Counted from the first letter of the stretch, positions 18,266 through 28,298 are shown. The stretch is DNA of 64,000 nucleotides from Longimicrobiales bacterium (GCA_965202805.1 OZ241869.1:3232001-3296000); one strand, 5' to 3'. Program-made: numbers and translations. Notes: generated by a model not told the origin, from the sequence alone.

Positions 18266-21200
18266 GTGAGCCAATCTCCTTCGAAACGCAGCGTCGTGCG
18301 TGGCGCCGCAGCGCTGATCGTGCTTTGGACCGCGGCATGCGGCGATGGCGGTACAGGACCGCCGCCGCCGGCTCCGAACCGGGCACCTCTGGCAAGCGGC
18401 TCGATCTCGCCTCAAACGGTAGCCGCAGGGCAGACAGTCATGGTGAACGTGGCGAGCTACTTCACCGATCCGGACGGAGACGCCTTGACGTTCACCGCGG
18501 AGAGTTCGAATTCCGCAACCGCATCCGTTTCGATGTCCGGCAGCGTTGTGACAGTGACCGCGGCCGCACGGGGAGTGGCGATCGTAACGGTTAGAGCCCG
18601 AGACGCAGGCGGCATGTCGGCACAGTTGACGTTTACCGTCACCGTGCCGAATCAGGCCCCGGTCGCAGTGGATGCTGTCCCGGCACAATCCATCTTCGTC
18701 GGGGACACAGCTTCCGTGGATGTATCGGCGTACTTCAATGACCCGGACGGAGATGCGCTGAGCTATTCGGTGGCGAACTCGGACGCGACGGTGGTCTCGG
18801 CATCGGTCGCCGGGAGCGTGGTTTCGCTGACAGCGATCACGCAGGGGATGTCCACGGTCACGGTGACCGCTCGCGATCCTGACGGGCTGTCGGCAGAGCA
18901 GAGCATCGCGGTCACGGTACCCAATCGGGCGCCGACTGCTCTCGACACCATCCCATCCAGGATCCTCTGGACGAGGAATACTCTGGAGTTCGACCTGGCG
19001 CGCTACTTCACCGACCCGGACGGAGATGCCCTGATTTTCACGGCGGCCAGCGCCCACGCCGGGGTGGCTTCCGTTGAATTAGTCGGCAGCACCCTGACAA
19101 TCACCGGGCGGGCGCCCGGCAGCACGAGGGTGACGGTAACGGTGGCCGACCCCGCGGGGATGTCCATTCAACAGTTTTTCGCCGTGACGGTGCCGAATCG
19201 GGAACCGCTTGCGATCGGCGCCATTCCGGGACAGTCGGTGGTGTCCGGGCAAACGGCCACCATCGACGCGTCCCCGTTCTTTAGCGAACCCGACGAACAG
19301 ACGCTGAGCTATGCCGCAGCGAGCTCCAACAGGGGCGTCGCGACCACTGCGGTTGCCGGCGCTACGGTGACGCTGACGGGAGTGTCGGTCGGGACCGCGA
19401 GCATCACCATCTCGGCGACGGATCCGGGCGGGCTGACGGCTCAGCAGCGCTTTTCCGTGACGGTGCGGGCGGCCAATGACGCTCCCGAAGTTGTGTCGAC
19501 CATTCCCGATCTGACCGTGACCGTCGGCGAGGTGCGCGCATGGCAGGGAGCAGACCACTTCCGCGACCCCAACGGCGATGCGCTGACGTACGCGGCGGGC
19601 AGCTCCAACGCAGCAGTTGTCCTGGCTGTGGTGTCGGGTGGTGAATTCGGCATCGGTGCGGTGTCGGCCGGATCGGCGGTTGTGACGGTGACCGCCAGCG
19701 ACCCTGGAGGCTTGAGCGCGCAGTTGAGCTTCCGGGTCACGGTGGGAACACCCGCGCCGGTCGTGATTACCGGGATCGAGCCAAGCGTGCTGGTCGAGGG
19801 AGCGTCCGCGAGGATCACCGGATCCGGATTCTCTGCCACTGCAACTCAGAACCAAGTTTCTGTTGGCGGGCTCAGCGCGAGAGTCACTTCAGCCAGCGCG
19901 ACGAGCTTGTCGTTCGTGGTCCCTTGGAGCGACTGCCTACCACCACGCAGGGATGACTTGCGGGTTTCGGTGGGGAGCCAGAGCGATGCTCGTACGGTGG
20001 CGGTGACACCGCGGACGCGTGAGGACTTGGAGCTGGAACTAGGCTGGTATCGATGGACGTATGCCGGTAACGGGTGCATCCATCTTCCTGGAGACGCTGC
20101 CGGGCAGGATTACCTGATCGGTGTTGTGTCCAGTACCGAGAATCCGGCGTCACTCACCGGCGTTACGCTGACGGGCACCCCCGGAGACGCCACGGTGGTC
20201 GGAGCTGAAGGCGGTCGCATCGTCGTTGCAGCAGAGAGCGGGGCGCTCGGAGAAGTCAGTCCGAGCGCAATGGCTGCTTTGGCTCAAGGGCCGTTCCGAG
20301 CTACGGCCGCGTTCGACAGAGGATCGTTCCGACGGCAGGCGGCACCTCCGATGGCCAACGGCTCTCAGGAATGGCCCCTCGCTGACGACACCCTGCGCAT
20401 GCGTCGAGTGCGGGCACACAACGAGATTATGGCCCGCAACGAAGCACTGCTGCGAAAGCTGGGGCCCGCGACTCGCCCCGCGTCGGTAGCCGTCCGCCGC
20501 GAACTGCGAGTTGGGGATACGCTGCGTCTTTATGCCGAAACCGGGGCGACGTGCACGAGCCGTGGGCAAATTCGGGCCGTAGTGCGGCTTGTCGGCAACA
20601 GGTCGATCTGGCTCGACGACCTTGACAATCCCACCGAGACTTTCACCGACTCGGAGTTAGCGAATCTGGATGCATTCTACTCGACCACCATCAAGGATGT
20701 TCACGACGACTACTTCGGTGGACTATCGGATTTGGACGGCAACAATCGTTTTCTGGTGCTGATGACCAAGGAGGCAAATCGTGCTGATTTGGGGGGATGG
20801 GTTTGGTCAGGCGACCTGTATCCCAGTTCTGCATGCGCGACGAGCAACCAAGCGGAAATCTTCTTCGGCAGGGTGCCAGATCCGCGAGGCTCCGTTGGAG
20901 ACACGGTTACCAAGCAGCAAGTGCTCGACTCGTACCCTGCGCTAATCGCGCATGAAGTTACGCACATCATCCAGTTTGGCTCGTGGATCTCCAGCGGTAC
21001 CGGTCGGAAGACTACATGGGAATTGGAGGGGGGTGCGACCTTGGCCGAGCAACTCGTCGGCTACCGTCTCTTCGGGCACGGCTCTGGGCAGGAACTCGAC
21101 CGGGATGCGCTTTCGCTATGGCAGGAGAGGAAACATTGGTACGGGGACTGGTTCTCTGAGATGGCTCTGTTCTTCGGATGGGACTATCGCGGCGATGGGA

Positions 21201-21757
21201 CTGGAAGAATCTCCGGTGCCCCGGAGGAGTGCAGTTGGGTCGGTACGCCGGACGAAGGAAACTCGGGTCCTTGCCTGCTGGGTGGTCGAGAAGTCTACGG
21301 GGTCCCCTCGATGGTCCTTCGCTACGCGATGGACCGCTGGGGTGGCGATTACCCCGGGGGCGAGCGTGCTTTGATGCGGCGCCTCACCCAATCCCCGACG
21401 CGAGGTTTCGCATCCCTGGTCGATGTCAGCCCCGAAAGATCCTGGCGATCCGAGCAGATCCTCACCGACTTCTACATCACGCTATGGATTGACCTGCAAG
21501 GCTGGGAAGCATATGGCATGACCAGTTGGGACCTGCACGACATCTTCACCCATCTGCGAGAGAGCTCGCGCCTCCAACCCTACACCTCCTCCTCACCCGC
21601 CCCCCGCCTCACCGGTCGCCGTGTGCGGGCGGGCTCGTCCCTGTATTTCCACTGGACGCCGACCGGTGCGCTCCGCCCGACCAGCATCAAGGTCACGTCG
21701 CCGGGCGGAGGACGGTTGCCCGATCACATCTCCGTGTGGGCGCTGCGGGTGCGTTAG
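18266..21757 (+). CDS. Lipoprotein with five cadherin/Ig-like repeats, an IPT/TIG domain and a C-terminal HEXXH zinc metallopeptidase-like domain
   Basis: Lipobox TAAC plus Pro linker; five F.DPDGD.L.Y.A.SS-type repeats; ITGSGFS...NQVSVGG IPT motif; AHEVTH followed by WELEGGA. Confidence 0.82.
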   Translation: MSQSPSKRSVVRGAAALIVLWTAACGDGGTGPPPPAPNRAPLASGSISPQTVAAGQTVMVNVASYFTDPDGDALTFTAESSNSATASVSMSGSVVTVTAAARGVAIVTVRARDAGGMSAQLTFTVTVPNQAPVAVDAVPAQSIFVGDTASVDVSAYFNDPDGDALSYSVANSDATVVSASVAGSVVSLTAITQGMSTVTVTARDPDGLSAEQSIAVTVPNRAPTALDTIPSRILWTRNTLEFDLARYFTDPDGDALIFTAASAHAGVASVELVGSTLTITGRAPGSTRVTVTVADPAGMSIQQFFAVTVPNREPLAIGAIPGQSVVSGQTATIDASPFFSEPDEQTLSYAAASSNRGVATTAVAGATVTLTGVSVGTASITISATDPGGLTAQQRFSVTVRAANDAPEVVSTIPDLTVTVGEVRAWQGADHFRDPNGDALTYAAGSSNAAVVLAVVSGGEFGIGAVSAGSAVVTVTASDPGGLSAQLSFRVTVGTPAPVVITGIEPSVLVEGASARITGSGFSATATQNQVSVGGLSARVTSASATSLSFVVPWSDCLPPRRDDLRVSVGSQSDARTVAVTPRTREDLELELGWYRWTYAGNGCIHLPGDAAGQDYLIGVVSSTENPASLTGVTLTGTPGDATVVGAEGGRIVVAAESGALGEVSPSAMAALAQGPFRATAAFDRGSFRRQAAPPMANGSQEWPLADDTLRMRRVRAHNEIMARNEALLRKLGPATRPASVAVRRELRVGDTLRLYAETGATCTSRGQIRAVVRLVGNRSIWLDDLDNPTETFTDSELANLDAFYSTTIKDVHDDYFGGLSDLDGNNRFLVLMTKEANRADLGGWVWSGDLYPSSACATSNQAEIFFGRVPDPRGSVGDTVTKQQVLDSYPALIAHEVTHIIQFGSWISSGTGRKTTWELEGGATLAEQLVGYRLFGHGSGQELDRDALSLWQERKHWYGDWFSEMALFFGWDYRGDGTGRISGAPEECSWVGTPDEGNSGPCLLGGREVYGVPSMVLRYAMDRWGGDYPGGERALMRRLTQSPTRGFASLVDVSPERSWRSEQILTDFYITLWIDLQGWEAYGMTSWDLHDIFTHLRESSRLQPYTSSSPAPRLTGRRVRAGSSLYFHWTPTGALRPTSIKVTSPGGGRLPDHISVWALRVR

Positions 21758-21881
21758 CCGGGACGACGCCGCGCGACAGGTTGTTGCCGTGAGCAGCGTG
21801 ATACTACTCGAGCATTTGGCATGATACTACTACTCGGCGCACACCCGAAGGGGTCAAAGCGCGTTTTGGCGCATCGGCGAG

Positions 21882-22120
21882 TCAAGACGGCGTCTCGATG
21901 CCGGTCTCGGATGCCGCCGCGACGAAGTGACGCACGTTCCAGATGATGATGGTCGGTGCGGTTGCCCTTCGGCGGGCATGCGGCGATGAGCATGTCGTAG
22001 GTCTGTCCGCCAATCACTTCCGGCCGTTGAGCCCTGCGTAGAGCGCGCCAAGTCTCGACTGCTGTCAGCTGTGCGACCGGCATCTCGCGCCAGCTGGCCT
22101 CCAGAACCGCGATGACGTCC
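21882..22120 (-). pseudogene. 5'-truncated, frameshifted PIN-domain (VapC-like) toxin remnant
   Basis: Minus strand reads DVIAVLEASW...IGGQTYDMLIAAC and, after a frameshift, PTIIIWNVRHFV...IETPS*; this is the C-terminal half of a PIN domain. No N-terminus or antitoxin seen. Confidence 0.7.
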
Positions 22121-22158
22121 AGTACCCAGTAGCGTACACCCCCGAATTGCCACAGCTC

Positions 22159-22193
22159 CAGCGCCCCCGTCTCGTCGGTGAGCGGGGGCGCTG
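22159..22193. terminator. GC-rich hairpin, possible terminator between convergent lipoprotein genes
   Basis: CAGCGCCCCCG (22159-22169) and CGGGGGCGCTG (22183-22193) form a perfect 11-bp stem; no clear U-tract. Confidence 0.4.
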
Positions 22194-22260
22194 AAGCGCG
22201 ATCTGCGGGCCGTCAGGGGGATCATCCGCCGGGGCCCGGCCGCCGGCGGTCACATCCGGG

Positions 22261-23898
22261 CTACGGCTGCTTCACGAAGGTGGGCGTCTTGTAGTACCCG
22301 ATCTCCTCACCGAGCATCACATGGCCGACCAGGCGGTAGGTGCCCGGCGGGTACCTGTCTTCGTCGATGTTGATGGGGCAGACCGAGCCCGCCGGATTTG
22401 TCGGGTTGTAAGTTGCAGCGCCTTGATGGGCCTTGTTGTTGTCCTGGGCGACGACCCATCCACTTCCAGCCAAGCGCTGCCACTCCGACCAGAACACGGT
22501 GAAGTTGATGCCGCCGACCGGGAAGTCGCCAATCTGGAGGCAGATGGTGAGCGGGCGGGGCGGCGCGCCCGCGGTGATCTCGGCCAGAAGCACCCCGTCC
22601 TCGCTCACCGAGATTCCGGGTAAACTGTCGTACTCCTCCTGGTGCACCCGCACCGCGATGGAGTCCTGGGTGACCGACAACCCGTCCTCGTTCGTGGCAG
22701 TCACCGACAGGATGGCCACGCTGACGCTGTCCTCGACGGCGCCCGTGCCCGTCGTGGTCACCGTGCTGCCTTCCACCGAAGCCACGGCCACCGTTTCGTC
22801 GGAGGTCGTGGCCGCGTAGGTCAGCTCGCCGTCCTCCTCGAAGTACGGCGACACGTCGAGCACCACCATGCTGTCCACGATCATGTCGTGGGTGGGGATC
22901 GTGTCGATGATCTCGGGTGGCACGGGGGGCGGCGTGACGGTCACGCCGAACTCCAGGCTGGCCGAGAGCATGCCCGCATCCGACGCGGTCACGGTAACGG
23001 TGGCGTTGCCCGGTGCTACGCCCGTGACGGTCACCACGGCGCCCTCGGTCGCGACGGTCGCCGCCGCCTCATCCGAGCTGGCCGCCGAGTAGGTGAGTTC
23101 GTCGCCGTCGGGGTCGCTGAAGTTGGCGGTCACGTCCACCGTCGCCTCGCTGCCCGCGACCACGGTCACGTCGTCGATGGTGCCTTCCGCCATGGGAGGC
23201 TCGTTGGCTTCGGTGACGGTGACGCCGAACTCCTGTGTCGCCGAGAGCTCGCCCGGGTCGGTGGCGGTCACGGTCACGGTAGCGCTTCCCGCGCCGACGG
23301 CCGTGATGGTCACCATGGCGCCCTCGGTCGCCACGGTCGCCACCGTGGTATCCGAGCTGGTGGCGGTGTAGGTGAGCTCGTCGCCGTCGGGGTCGCTGAA
23401 GTTGGCGGATACGTCCACCGTCGCCTCATCGCCCACGACCAGGCCCTGGTCGTCGATGGTGCCTTCCGCCATGGGCGCCTGGTTGGCGGCCTCGACCGTC
23501 ACGCTGATGCTCTGGGTTGCCGACAGCCCGCCCGGGTCGCTCGCCGTCACCGTCACGGTCGCGGATCCCGCCCCTACCCCCTCGATGCTCACCTCGCTGC
23601 CGGATACCGAAGCCGTGGCCACAGCCTCGTCGGAAGTCGCCGCCGCAAAGGAGAGCGTGTTGCCGTCCGGGTCCGTGAAGTTCGAGGCCACGTTGACCGA
23701 AACGCTCTCCCCGACCAGGACCGTCTGCGCCGCGATGCTGCCCGTGGCTGTGGGCGCGCGATTCGCGGGTGGCGGAGGTGTGGGGGGCGTCGGCGGCGTG
23801 GTGGTCGGTTCGGTTCCGCCGTCACCTCCGCATGTGGCCACCCCCAGGGCGGCTCCCGACACGATCGAAAACAGGGCCAAGGCTCGGATTACTCGCAT
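22261..23898 (-). CDS. Lipoprotein with four cadherin/Ig-like repeats and an unrecognised C-terminal domain
   Basis: Signal ending VATC, Pro/Thr linker, NF(T/S)DPDG(N/D).L.(F/Y) repeats with a 279-bp period, then a unique tip of about 125 aa. Confidence 0.82.
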   Translation of the reverse strand: MRVIRALALFSIVSGAALGVATCGGDGGTEPTTTPPTPPTPPPPANRAPTATGSIAAQTVLVGESVSVNVASNFTDPDGNTLSFAAATSDEAVATASVSGSEVSIEGVGAGSATVTVTASDPGGLSATQSISVTVEAANQAPMAEGTIDDQGLVVGDEATVDVSANFSDPDGDELTYTATSSDTTVATVATEGAMVTITAVGAGSATVTVTATDPGELSATQEFGVTVTEANEPPMAEGTIDDVTVVAGSEATVDVTANFSDPDGDELTYSAASSDEAAATVATEGAVVTVTGVAPGNATVTVTASDAGMLSASLEFGVTVTPPPVPPEIIDTIPTHDMIVDSMVVLDVSPYFEEDGELTYAATTSDETVAVASVEGSTVTTTGTGAVEDSVSVAILSVTATNEDGLSVTQDSIAVRVHQEEYDSLPGISVSEDGVLLAEITAGAPPRPLTICLQIGDFPVGGINFTVFWSEWQRLAGSGWVVAQDNNKAHQGAATYNPTNPAGSVCPINIDEDRYPPGTYRLVGHVMLGEEIGYYKTPTFVKQP

Positions 23899-24053
23899 TT
23901 TGCGCGTGCTCCGGTTGGAGTGGTGAGCGCCGGATCTCCGCCGGGCGCCGGCCGCCACACATCAGGATCCTTCGGCGTGACGAGCCCGATTACTTCGCAA
24001 GGCTATGGCATGCGCGCAGAGCACGCAACGCGAGCGGAACCGGCTCCCTCGGC

Positions 24054-26894
24054 CTACCGTCCCCTCCGCGACCCCCTCCGGTTCATCGGTGTGCCCAGCC
24101 GGTACATCACCCGGAGCATGAAGTACTGCCCGAGCGAGTCCGTCCGCGACTCCTCGATGTAGTTTGCCGAATTGGTGATCGCGACGCCCTGGTTCTGGTT
24201 CAGGAGGTCGTAGGCCCGCAGCTCGATCTCGGCGCGTTCGTCGAGCACCCGCCGGGAGATGGCGGCATCCCAGCGCGCGACGTTGCGCGCCTCCCCGAAG
24301 AGTCCCTGGTCGAAGACACGGTGGCGGAAATCCGATTCCAGGGTCCAGGCGTTGTCGATGTGCCAGGTGGCTTCCGCGCGGTACTGGCTGTTGACGTAGC
24401 CGCGGTCGAGCTCATGGTTCAGCGAGTACGCGACGTCGTTGAAGTTGAAGCTGACAGAGGCGCGCACGTCCAGCCGGTCCTTCTCCCGGTTGTCCAACCC
24501 GATCTCGAGCGAGTTGCGCAGGATGCGGCTCTCGTTGGCCGTGTGGTTCACGAGCTCCGTCCCCTCGGAATAGCTGACGTCGTATTCGAGCTCGACATCG
24601 ATGCCCAGCCTCCGGACCGGGGTGTCGAAGTTGGCTCCCAGGCTGCCGGACCACTCGCCGCTGGTGTTGACCGGCATCCGCGTCTGAAAGCCGCGCTCGT
24701 CGAAAACCCGCGACATCGAGATGTTGTTGTCGGTGTAGGTGAAGCGGGTGAAGGTGCGGAGGTTGATGAAGGTCACCTCGTCGAACAGACGGAAATCGGC
24801 GTTGACGCGGTGCCTGTATTCCGGGCGCAGATCCGGGTTCCCGGAGTAGATGTTGAGGGGATCGGTGTTGTCGGCGTAGGGCTGGAGCTGCGTCAGCGAC
24901 GGCTCGCGGCTCGAGCCCTCGTAGCGGAGCTGGAGCGTCTGCCCTTCCTTGATCTCCTTCTTCAGCCGCGCGTTGCCGAGCAGGTGCGTGTAGCCGTTGG
25001 CGATGGACTCGTTCCGGCCCAGGATGACGCCGTCGAGGTTGGATCTCTGCACGCGGAGCCCGACCGTGAACCAGGAGTCGTCGGTATTCCGGCTGTAGCG
25101 GGTACCGCCCTGAAGATAGGTGTAGGCCCGTTCGAATCCCGAGCTCATGCGGGGGTTGTGGACGAGGGTGCCGTCGACGCGATCGTAGACCGCGTTGTTG
25201 CGGTCCTGGTGGGTCGCGTTGCGCTGGCCGAAGAGCTCGATCGTGTGCCCCTCCGCGAGCGGCTGCGTGAGCGAGAGGCGCGCCGAGTTGGTCCGGGTCC
25301 ACCCCACGCGCGAGTGGTCCTGCAGGATCTCGCGCACATCGTCGACATCGTCTTCGCCGTCCCTGGTGCGCCTCTCCCCGGTAACCAGCGAGGACAGGTC
25401 GGCGGAGACGTCGGAGTCCTCGAGGTCGCTCGTCAGCTCCGCGACGAGGCTGCGGCCCTCCTCGTTCAGGCGCTTGCGCCAGGTGAGCCGTCCGTCCCCG
25501 CCCAGCTCGTTCCCGTCCACCAGGTAGTCGGTGGTGGCGGAATTGAGCATGTCCCCGCCGAGGGTATGCGTCTGCCGATTGGCGATCGAGGTGAGCGACG
25601 ACGCGCGCGCGTTCCCTCTCACGCGTACCCGCAGCCCATGCCCCTCCGAGAATTCGACCTGCCCGTTCAGGTCCAGGCGATGACTCACATTGCCGGCTTC
25701 CTGTTTGCTGGTCTGGTCGACCAGCGACGCGACATCCGATCCGAAGAGGGCCCGCTGCTGCAGGCTGCGGTCCTGGAGATTGTCCAGCTGGCGGATGGTG
25801 TAGCTGCCCCGCAGCCAGGTCTCCTCGCTGAATTCCCGGCTTCCGTTGACCCCGAGGCTCATCGTCTCGGTAAGACCGTCGCTCGACCTCCCGCCCCGTC
25901 CACCCGGCATGCCGGCGGCGAGATTCGGGAAACCACTGCGGGAGCGTCCCTGGTTCACGTTGTTGGCGTTCGCGGTCAGGGCAAGCTGGACGGTGGGCGA
26001 GAAGCGATTCAGGGAAAGCGAACCGTTGTAGCGCGCTTCGGCGCCCACGGGCGCGGTAAGCCGGGCCCGGCTGCCCCCGTCGCCGCCGACGTCGCCCCTG
26101 GCGCGGCCGAAGTACCCGCTCCTCGCCTCCTCCTTGAGCTTCAGGTTGATCGTGCGCTCCTCTTCGCCGTCGGGAATGCCCGTGAACTCGGCCATGTCCG
26201 ACTCCTTGTCGTACACGGCGATCTGTTCGATGGCGTCCGCGGGCAGATTCTCCATCGCGACCGACGGGTCGTCGCCGAAGAACTCCTTGCCGTCCACGAG
26301 GATCTTCGCGACCGCTTCGCCCTGTGCCGTGATCGACCCGTCGGCGTCGACGTCGATCCCGGGAAGCCGCCGCAACAGCTCCTCGACGGTCGCGTTGGGG
26401 GGCGTCGGAAACGCCTGCACGTTGTAGCTGAAGGTGTCGCGCTGATTCACGAAGGGGACGTGTTCCACGCTGACCACCACCGAGTCCACTTCCAGCGCCG
26501 TCACCGCCAGCGCCACCCTGCCGGCGTCCACGTGCGTGTTCGCGACCTCGAAGTCGCGGCGCAGGGTCCGGTAGCCGATCAGCGTGACCTGGAGGATGTA
26601 GCCGCCCGCCGGCAGGCCCTCGATGGTGAAGCGTCCGTCCTGAGAGCTCAGCGTATACTCGGCCAGCACCGAGTCGGGTCTCGTGAGCGCGACCACCATG
26701 GCGTTGTGCAGCGCCGCGCCCATCGAGTCGGTGACGATCCCGCGCACATGGTACTCCGCGGGTGCCTGCGCGTGCGCGAACGTGGCCTGCGAGAGCACGA
26801 CCGCGACCTGCGAGAGCACGGCCATCACCAGAAAGGCAGGAACCCGGCCTCCGACGGTGAATCGGTGCCGGGCTCCTGCCCATTCCTGCTTCAT
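24054..26894 (-). CDS. Outer-membrane beta-barrel protein with an N-terminal carboxypeptidase-regulatory-like domain (TonB-dependent receptor-like)
   Basis: Signal peptide; VRGIVTDS...GRFTIEGL..GGYILQV; VEELLRRLPGIDVD..G.I..QGE.V.KILVDGKEFFG plug-like motif; GNPDLRPE; terminal strand YFMLRVMYRL. Confidence 0.85.
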   Translation of the reverse strand: MKQEWAGARHRFTVGGRVPAFLVMAVLSQVAVVLSQATFAHAQAPAEYHVRGIVTDSMGAALHNAMVVALTRPDSVLAEYTLSSQDGRFTIEGLPAGGYILQVTLIGYRTLRRDFEVANTHVDAGRVALAVTALEVDSVVVSVEHVPFVNQRDTFSYNVQAFPTPPNATVEELLRRLPGIDVDADGSITAQGEAVAKILVDGKEFFGDDPSVAMENLPADAIEQIAVYDKESDMAEFTGIPDGEEERTINLKLKEEARSGYFGRARGDVGGDGGSRARLTAPVGAEARYNGSLSLNRFSPTVQLALTANANNVNQGRSRSGFPNLAAGMPGGRGGRSSDGLTETMSLGVNGSREFSEETWLRGSYTIRQLDNLQDRSLQQRALFGSDVASLVDQTSKQEAGNVSHRLDLNGQVEFSEGHGLRVRVRGNARASSLTSIANRQTHTLGGDMLNSATTDYLVDGNELGGDGRLTWRKRLNEEGRSLVAELTSDLEDSDVSADLSSLVTGERRTRDGEDDVDDVREILQDHSRVGWTRTNSARLSLTQPLAEGHTIELFGQRNATHQDRNNAVYDRVDGTLVHNPRMSSGFERAYTYLQGGTRYSRNTDDSWFTVGLRVQRSNLDGVILGRNESIANGYTHLLGNARLKKEIKEGQTLQLRYEGSSREPSLTQLQPYADNTDPLNIYSGNPDLRPEYRHRVNADFRLFDEVTFINLRTFTRFTYTDNNISMSRVFDERGFQTRMPVNTSGEWSGSLGANFDTPVRRLGIDVELEYDVSYSEGTELVNHTANESRILRNSLEIGLDNREKDRLDVRASVSFNFNDVAYSLNHELDRGYVNSQYRAEATWHIDNAWTLESDFRHRVFDQGLFGEARNVARWDAAISRRVLDERAEIELRAYDLLNQNQGVAITNSANYIEESRTDSLGQYFMLRVMYRLGTPMNRRGSRRGR

Positions 26895-27009
26895 CTTCCT
26901 GTCCACACCACCATCCCCGGTCCTTCTTCGGCGCCCCGACCCTGTTCGGGACCCCCGCCGGCGCTCGAAGTTGAACTTCGAACCCGCCGGCTCCCTGCGA
27001 GGTTCCTCC

Positions 27010-27825
27010 CTACAGCGGCCTGTTCGGGTTCGCCATCGTGCGCCACATGTGGGCGACCGGGCTGTTGTCGTAGCCCAGTCCTTCCTTCGGCTGCCTGAAC
27101 TGGCGCCCCATGATGTCGGTGAACACCTCGATATCGACGTCCATGTCGTCCTGGAACGCGTAGGTGTCGTTCACCGTGATCAGCCGCGCCTCGGCGTACC
27201 AGCTGTGGCCGCGGGCGTGCTCGTAGGCCTGCTTGATGTAGGGCTCCGGGACGTAGTCGTGGCCGAAGATGCGGTTGTACATCTCCGGATACTCGTACCC
27301 GAAAGCGTCATCGGCGTAGAAGCGCAGCGGGCCGTGGTAGCGGATGCCCCAGGCGACGCGCGGGTCCACGTAGGGCTCGATCAGCTGGGCGCCCCAGAAG
27401 CCGTGGTCCCCGCGGATGAGGTTGAGCACCACGTCGTGCATCAGGCACGCGAAGATGGTGCGCTCGGGCTGCCCCGTGGTGAGCGCGTGCGTGGCGCTCT
27501 GCAGGACGTGGTTCGCGGGCGCGAAGCGAAGCCGGAAGAAGTCGAGCAGCGTCGGCGCCTCCGGCATCGGCGGGAACTCGTCCTCGGTCGGCTGGAAGAG
27601 CCGTCCGGTGCCGCGCGGCGGCCGGGGTCCCTCCTGCTCCAGCTCCTCGAGGGTGATGATAGAGCCGGCTTCGCCGTCCGCCTCCCCCCGCCGTGCGGCG
27701 ATCTTCTTGTCCAGCTCGTCTTCCATGTAGTGCTCGAGAGCCTCCGCCTTGTCTTCGTGCGACATGACGGCGAGAGCACCCGCGGGAAGGCTTGCGAGGA
27801 AGGTTTTGCGATCGACTTCCACCAT
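27010..27825 (-). CDS. HD-domain metalloprotein (PhnZ/MIOX-like ligand pattern)
   Basis: GGAGG RBS; HVLQSA...ACLMHD...DHGFWGA...IRYH...VND ligand spacing. Confidence 0.6.
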   Translation of the reverse strand: MVEVDRKTFLASLPAGALAVMSHEDKAEALEHYMEDELDKKIAARRGEADGEAGSIITLEELEQEGPRPPRGTGRLFQPTEDEFPPMPEAPTLLDFFRLRFAPANHVLQSATHALTTGQPERTIFACLMHDVVLNLIRGDHGFWGAQLIEPYVDPRVAWGIRYHGPLRFYADDAFGYEYPEMYNRIFGHDYVPEPYIKQAYEHARGHSWYAEARLITVNDTYAFQDDMDVDIEVFTDIMGRQFRQPKEGLGYDNSPVAHMWRTMANPNRPL

Positions 27826-27951
27826 CTCGACCTCCAGCCAGGGTGAGCGGCCTCCCGTCGCCACCCGTTTCCGGCGACGGGAAGAGCCTTTGCATCCAAT
27901 TGACTAGTACGGCGCGCGTGCGCGTGCGGCAAGCGGAGCCCGTGCCTCTCG

Positions 27952-28062
27952 CGACTCGTGGCCACGGTTGCGCGCCACAGATCGTTGCCCGCAGGGTACG
28001 TTCGGACCGCGCTGAGGCTCATCGGCGACCTTGAACAGTTGAAACAGGGACACCCTCCATGA
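27952..28062 (+). pseudogene. 5'-truncated HicA-like toxin remnant
   Basis: Frame reads RLVATVARHRSLPAGYVRTALRLIGDLEQLK...* with an ATGA overlap into hicB; in-frame stop at 27901 and no start that would give a full-length toxin. Confidence 0.55.
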
Positions 28063-28298
28063 AGGACGTTGAGTACTACGCAGGGCTCTCCTACCAGGAA
28101 GACGTGAGAATGGAGGATTGTACCGACGGTACCCGGTGCTACTTCGCGCGCGTCGCCGAGTTGCCCGGGTGCGAGAGTCACGGAGACACTGCGCAGGAGG
28201 CGTTGCGGAATCTGCAAGAGGCGAAGCGTCTCTTCATCGAGACCTTGCTGGAGAACGGGGTGAGACCTTCCGAGCCGTTCTCCGTCCAAGTGCCGTAA
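28059..28298 (+). CDS. hicB: HicB-family antitoxin (short form without a DNA-binding domain)
   Basis: YFARVAELPGCESHGDTAQEALRNLQEA motif; 79 aa. Confidence 0.85.
   Translation: MKDVEYYAGLSYQEDVRMEDCTDGTRCYFARVAELPGCESHGDTAQEALRNLQEAKRLFIETLLENGVRPSEPFSVQVP

Noticed and set aside
23769..27098. Long antisense and alternate-frame ORFs (also 49017-52388, 49999-52494, 61208-63760 and others)
   Set aside because: Expected shadows of high-GC coding genes; no recognisable motifs.
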